Shown piece by piece: positions 62,021 to 64,000 of a stretch of 64,000 bases of DNA (the stretch's first letter is position 1; each line of letters opens with the position of its first letter). Location of the stretch: positions 8,960 to 72,959 of the forward strand of contig WLNW01000001.1 in assembly GCA_009699605.1 (NCBI GenBank), written 5' to 3'. The stretch comes from Actinomycetota bacterium. Its GTDB lineage: Bacteria > Actinomycetota > Acidimicrobiia > Acidimicrobiales > WLNW01. The notes below the pieces were generated by a model. It saw only the letters and a program-made list of their open reading frames with translations. It was not told the DNA's origin and did no database searches. Position numbers and translations under genes: made by a program.

Positions 62021-63505
62021 ATGTCCCACCATGCGGTCGACACGCTGATCATCGGCGCAGGCTCCGCGGGAAGCGCGCTCGCGGTGCGACTCAGCGAAGA
62101 CCCGAGCCGCCGCGTGCTCCTGCTCGAGGCCGGCCCCGACTACCGCAGCGCGACGCTTCCCCCCGAGCTCGAGACGTTGTCGCGCCCGATCGCGTGGCCG
62201 CACGACTGGCGCAACGAGGTCACCAGCATCGACGGGCGCATGCTGCATTACGGGCGCGGCCGCGTGGTCGGTGGCTCGTCGCAGACCAACGGCGGCGTGG
62301 CCATCCGCGCCGAACCCGACGACTTCGTGACCTTGCCTGTGGGCTGGCACTTCGACGACCTGCTGCCCGCGTTCCGGCGCAGCGAGCACGATCTCGACTT
62401 CGGGGGCGCCGAGTACCACGGTGACTCGGGGCCGATCCCCATCGTCCGTTGGGCACGCGAGGAATGGACGCCGATGCAGACCGCGTTCCACGACGCGTGC
62501 CTCGCGCTCGGGTACCTCGCCTGCCCCGATCACAACGCCCCCTACACCACTGGGGTCGGGCCGATCCCGATGAACCGCGTCGGCCGGCGGCGCATGTCGA
62601 ACCTCATCGTCTATTTGGAACCGGCCCGCGAGCGCACCAACCTCGAGATCCGCGGCGACGCTCACGTACGCCGCCTGCTCATCGAGGGTCGCACCGACCG
62701 CGTTCGGGTCACCGGCGTCGAGCTTGTCGACGGCACGCGGATCGTCGCCGGCGAGGTGGTCCTATCTGCTGGGGTCGTGCAGAACCCCTTGTTGCTCTGG
62801 CGTTCGGGCATCGGCCCTGCCGACGCCCTCGGTGAGCTCGGGGGGACGTGCGTGCTCGACGCGCCACACGTAGGCGCCCACGTAACCGATCACTACGTGG
62901 TCACCTACGCGACGCCCATCGACGCGGGGCTCGTCACCGACGACGACCCGTCGCTGCAGAACATCCTGCGGCTGCAATCGCCTGGCAGCACCCGTGGGAA
63001 CGATCTGCAGATCACGCCGTTCGTGCGCCGCCACGCCGACGGGGCGCGCTCGATCGCCATGAGCGTGAGCCTCCAACTGCCTGACGGCGAAGGGTCGATC
63101 ACGCCTACCTCGCTCGATCCCGATGCGGCTGCGCGCATCTCGTGGCCGTTCGCCGGCATCGCCGAGAACGTCCGGCGCATCCGCGAGGGCTACCGGATCA
63201 GCGCTCGGCTCGCCGAGGCATCGGGCATCGCCATCGACCACGACGCACTCGCCCGCGACCTCGCGCTCGACGACACCGAGATCGACGCGCTCATCGCGGC
63301 CGAGCACAGCGCCTTTTACCACGGGGTCGGCACGTGCCGAATGGGTGACGACCCGGCAACCAGCGTGGTCGACGCGACATGTCGAGTGCACGGGGTCGAC
63401 GCACTGCGCATCATCGACGCGTCGATTCTGCCCACCGTGCCACGAGCGAACACCCACCTCGCCGTGGTCGCGCTGGCCGAGCACGCCGCGGCCACGATCT
63501 TCTGA
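62021..63505 (+). CDS. GMC-family FAD oxidoreductase (choline-dehydrogenase-like)
   Basis: DTLIIGAGSAGSALAVRLSE (GxGxxG), ...GGSSQTNGG..., ...FYHGVGTCRMG...IIDASILP. Confidence 0.9.
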   Translation: MSHHAVDTLIIGAGSAGSALAVRLSEDPSRRVLLLEAGPDYRSATLPPELETLSRPIAWPHDWRNEVTSIDGRMLHYGRGRVVGGSSQTNGGVAIRAEPDDFVTLPVGWHFDDLLPAFRRSEHDLDFGGAEYHGDSGPIPIVRWAREEWTPMQTAFHDACLALGYLACPDHNAPYTTGVGPIPMNRVGRRRMSNLIVYLEPARERTNLEIRGDAHVRRLLIEGRTDRVRVTGVELVDGTRIVAGEVVLSAGVVQNPLLLWRSGIGPADALGELGGTCVLDAPHVGAHVTDHYVVTYATPIDAGLVTDDDPSLQNILRLQSPGSTRGNDLQITPFVRRHADGARSIAMSVSLQLPDGEGSITPTSLDPDAAARISWPFAGIAENVRRIREGYRISARLAEASGIAIDHDALARDLALDDTEIDALIAAEHSAFYHGVGTCRMGDDPATSVVDATCRVHGVDALRIIDASILPTVPRANTHLAVVALAEHAAATIF

Positions 63506-63522
63506 GCCAGCGCAGCACCGGA

Positions 63523-64000
63523 TCAGCTGCGGTGCGCAACGACCACGTTCTGCTCGTCGAAGACGATCATCCATTTCGGTGACGCCAGCACGTCTTTCAA
63601 AAGGCTCAGGCTCTCCGGGCCGAGTGTGCCCTTGTCGACGGCGATCCACTGGATGGAATCAGGGTCGCGGGCAGGCGGCCATGCCGTGACACGACCATCG
63701 GGCAACCTCTGATCGACTCCCCAATACGAGTTGCGCCACGGGTTGGGGAACTCGTAGACAAACTCGCGATGGGCGAGGTGGGGCGAAAAGTTGTACGACA
63801 CCGAGATCACCGCATCGTCGGGCACGAGGTTCACCGCGTTGCGCAGCACACGGACGTGCGGCGTGATCTCGGTCGGCCACATCCCTGGGTCGTTGTAGGC
63901 CCAGCCGTACGAGGGCGCCCACATCGCCGACATCACCACGGCAGATGCCGCTACGACCATGCCGATTGACTCGAGCAACCGGGTCGGCCAGGCCACCGCC
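63523..64000 (-). CDS. C-terminal part of a membrane protein (DUF2079-like), gene continues beyond the window
   Basis: ...VSYNFSPHLAHREFVYEFPNPW...IQWIAVD... resembles the extracytoplasmic C-terminal region of DUF2079-type proteins. The ORF is open to the window edge. Confidence 0.5.
   Translation of the reverse strand, partial: AVAWPTRLLESIGMVVAASAVVMSAMWAPSYGWAYNDPGMWPTEITPHVRVLRNAVNLVPDDAVISVSYNFSPHLAHREFVYEFPNPWRNSYWGVDQRLPDGRVTAWPPARDPDSIQWIAVDKGTLGPESLSLLKDVLASPKWMIVFDEQNVVVAHRS

Noticed and set aside
1-64000. rRNA, tRNA, tmRNA, riboswitch, integrase/transposase or prophage content
   Set aside because: No intergenic gap showed cloverleaf-like or conserved riboswitch sequence that I could recognise, and no ORF had recombinase or transposase motifs. 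The scan was visual only, so tRNAscan-SE/Infernal should be run to confirm.

Overview
High-GC (about 68-70 % by eye, not computed) actinobacterial-type chromosomal segment. It is gene-dense, with roughly 62 supportable CDS, many joined by 4-nt GTGA/ATGA stop-start overlaps. Lipid/steroid-type beta-oxidation and redox genes dominate: 5 acyl-CoA dehydrogenases including two long+short tandem pairs, an IpdA/IpdB-like CoA-transferase + NMO-type reductase + crotonase block, and 2 acyl-CoA synthetases. There are also 12 SDR paralogues (five in one divergent array), 3 luciferase-like oxidoreductases, 2 amidohydrolase-2 enzymes, VOC, cupin, SnoaL and MBL enzymes, and a single-ORF ETF beta-alpha fusion. 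Regulators are a TetR, a PAS-PAS-GGDEF-EAL protein and a stand-alone cNMP-binding protein. I recognised no rRNA, tRNA, CRISPR array, transposase or integrase. The clear outlier, and my best candidate for an undescribed system, is a translationally coupled three-gene operon on the minus strand at 7558-9472. It encodes a small WXG-like helical protein, then a 367-aa protein with a helical N-terminus and a Gly/Ala/Val-rich amphipathic-beta C-terminal half ending in a glycine zipper, then a 178-aa LpqN/DUF1795-like protein. A 20 %-GC promoter-like island and the frameshifted debris of an ABC transporter lie immediately upstream. The layout recalls the mycobacterial esxF-esxE-cpnT-ift module, but no enzymatic toxin domain is visible. 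Other oddities are a perfect 8-bp x 8 microsatellite (46209-46272), a 27-bp x 3 in-frame repeat carrying repeated ATGs (58995-59075), and a high-GC3 transmembrane-helix ORF in frame just after the TGA of a GT-C-like gene. There is also a triple CACGTG cluster upstream of the c-di-GMP gene, a truncated SARP-type winged-helix remnant beside a 38-aa membrane-peptide ORF, and several inverted repeats in divergent promoter regions. All family calls come from motif recognition by eye in the supplied translations; no database search was run.
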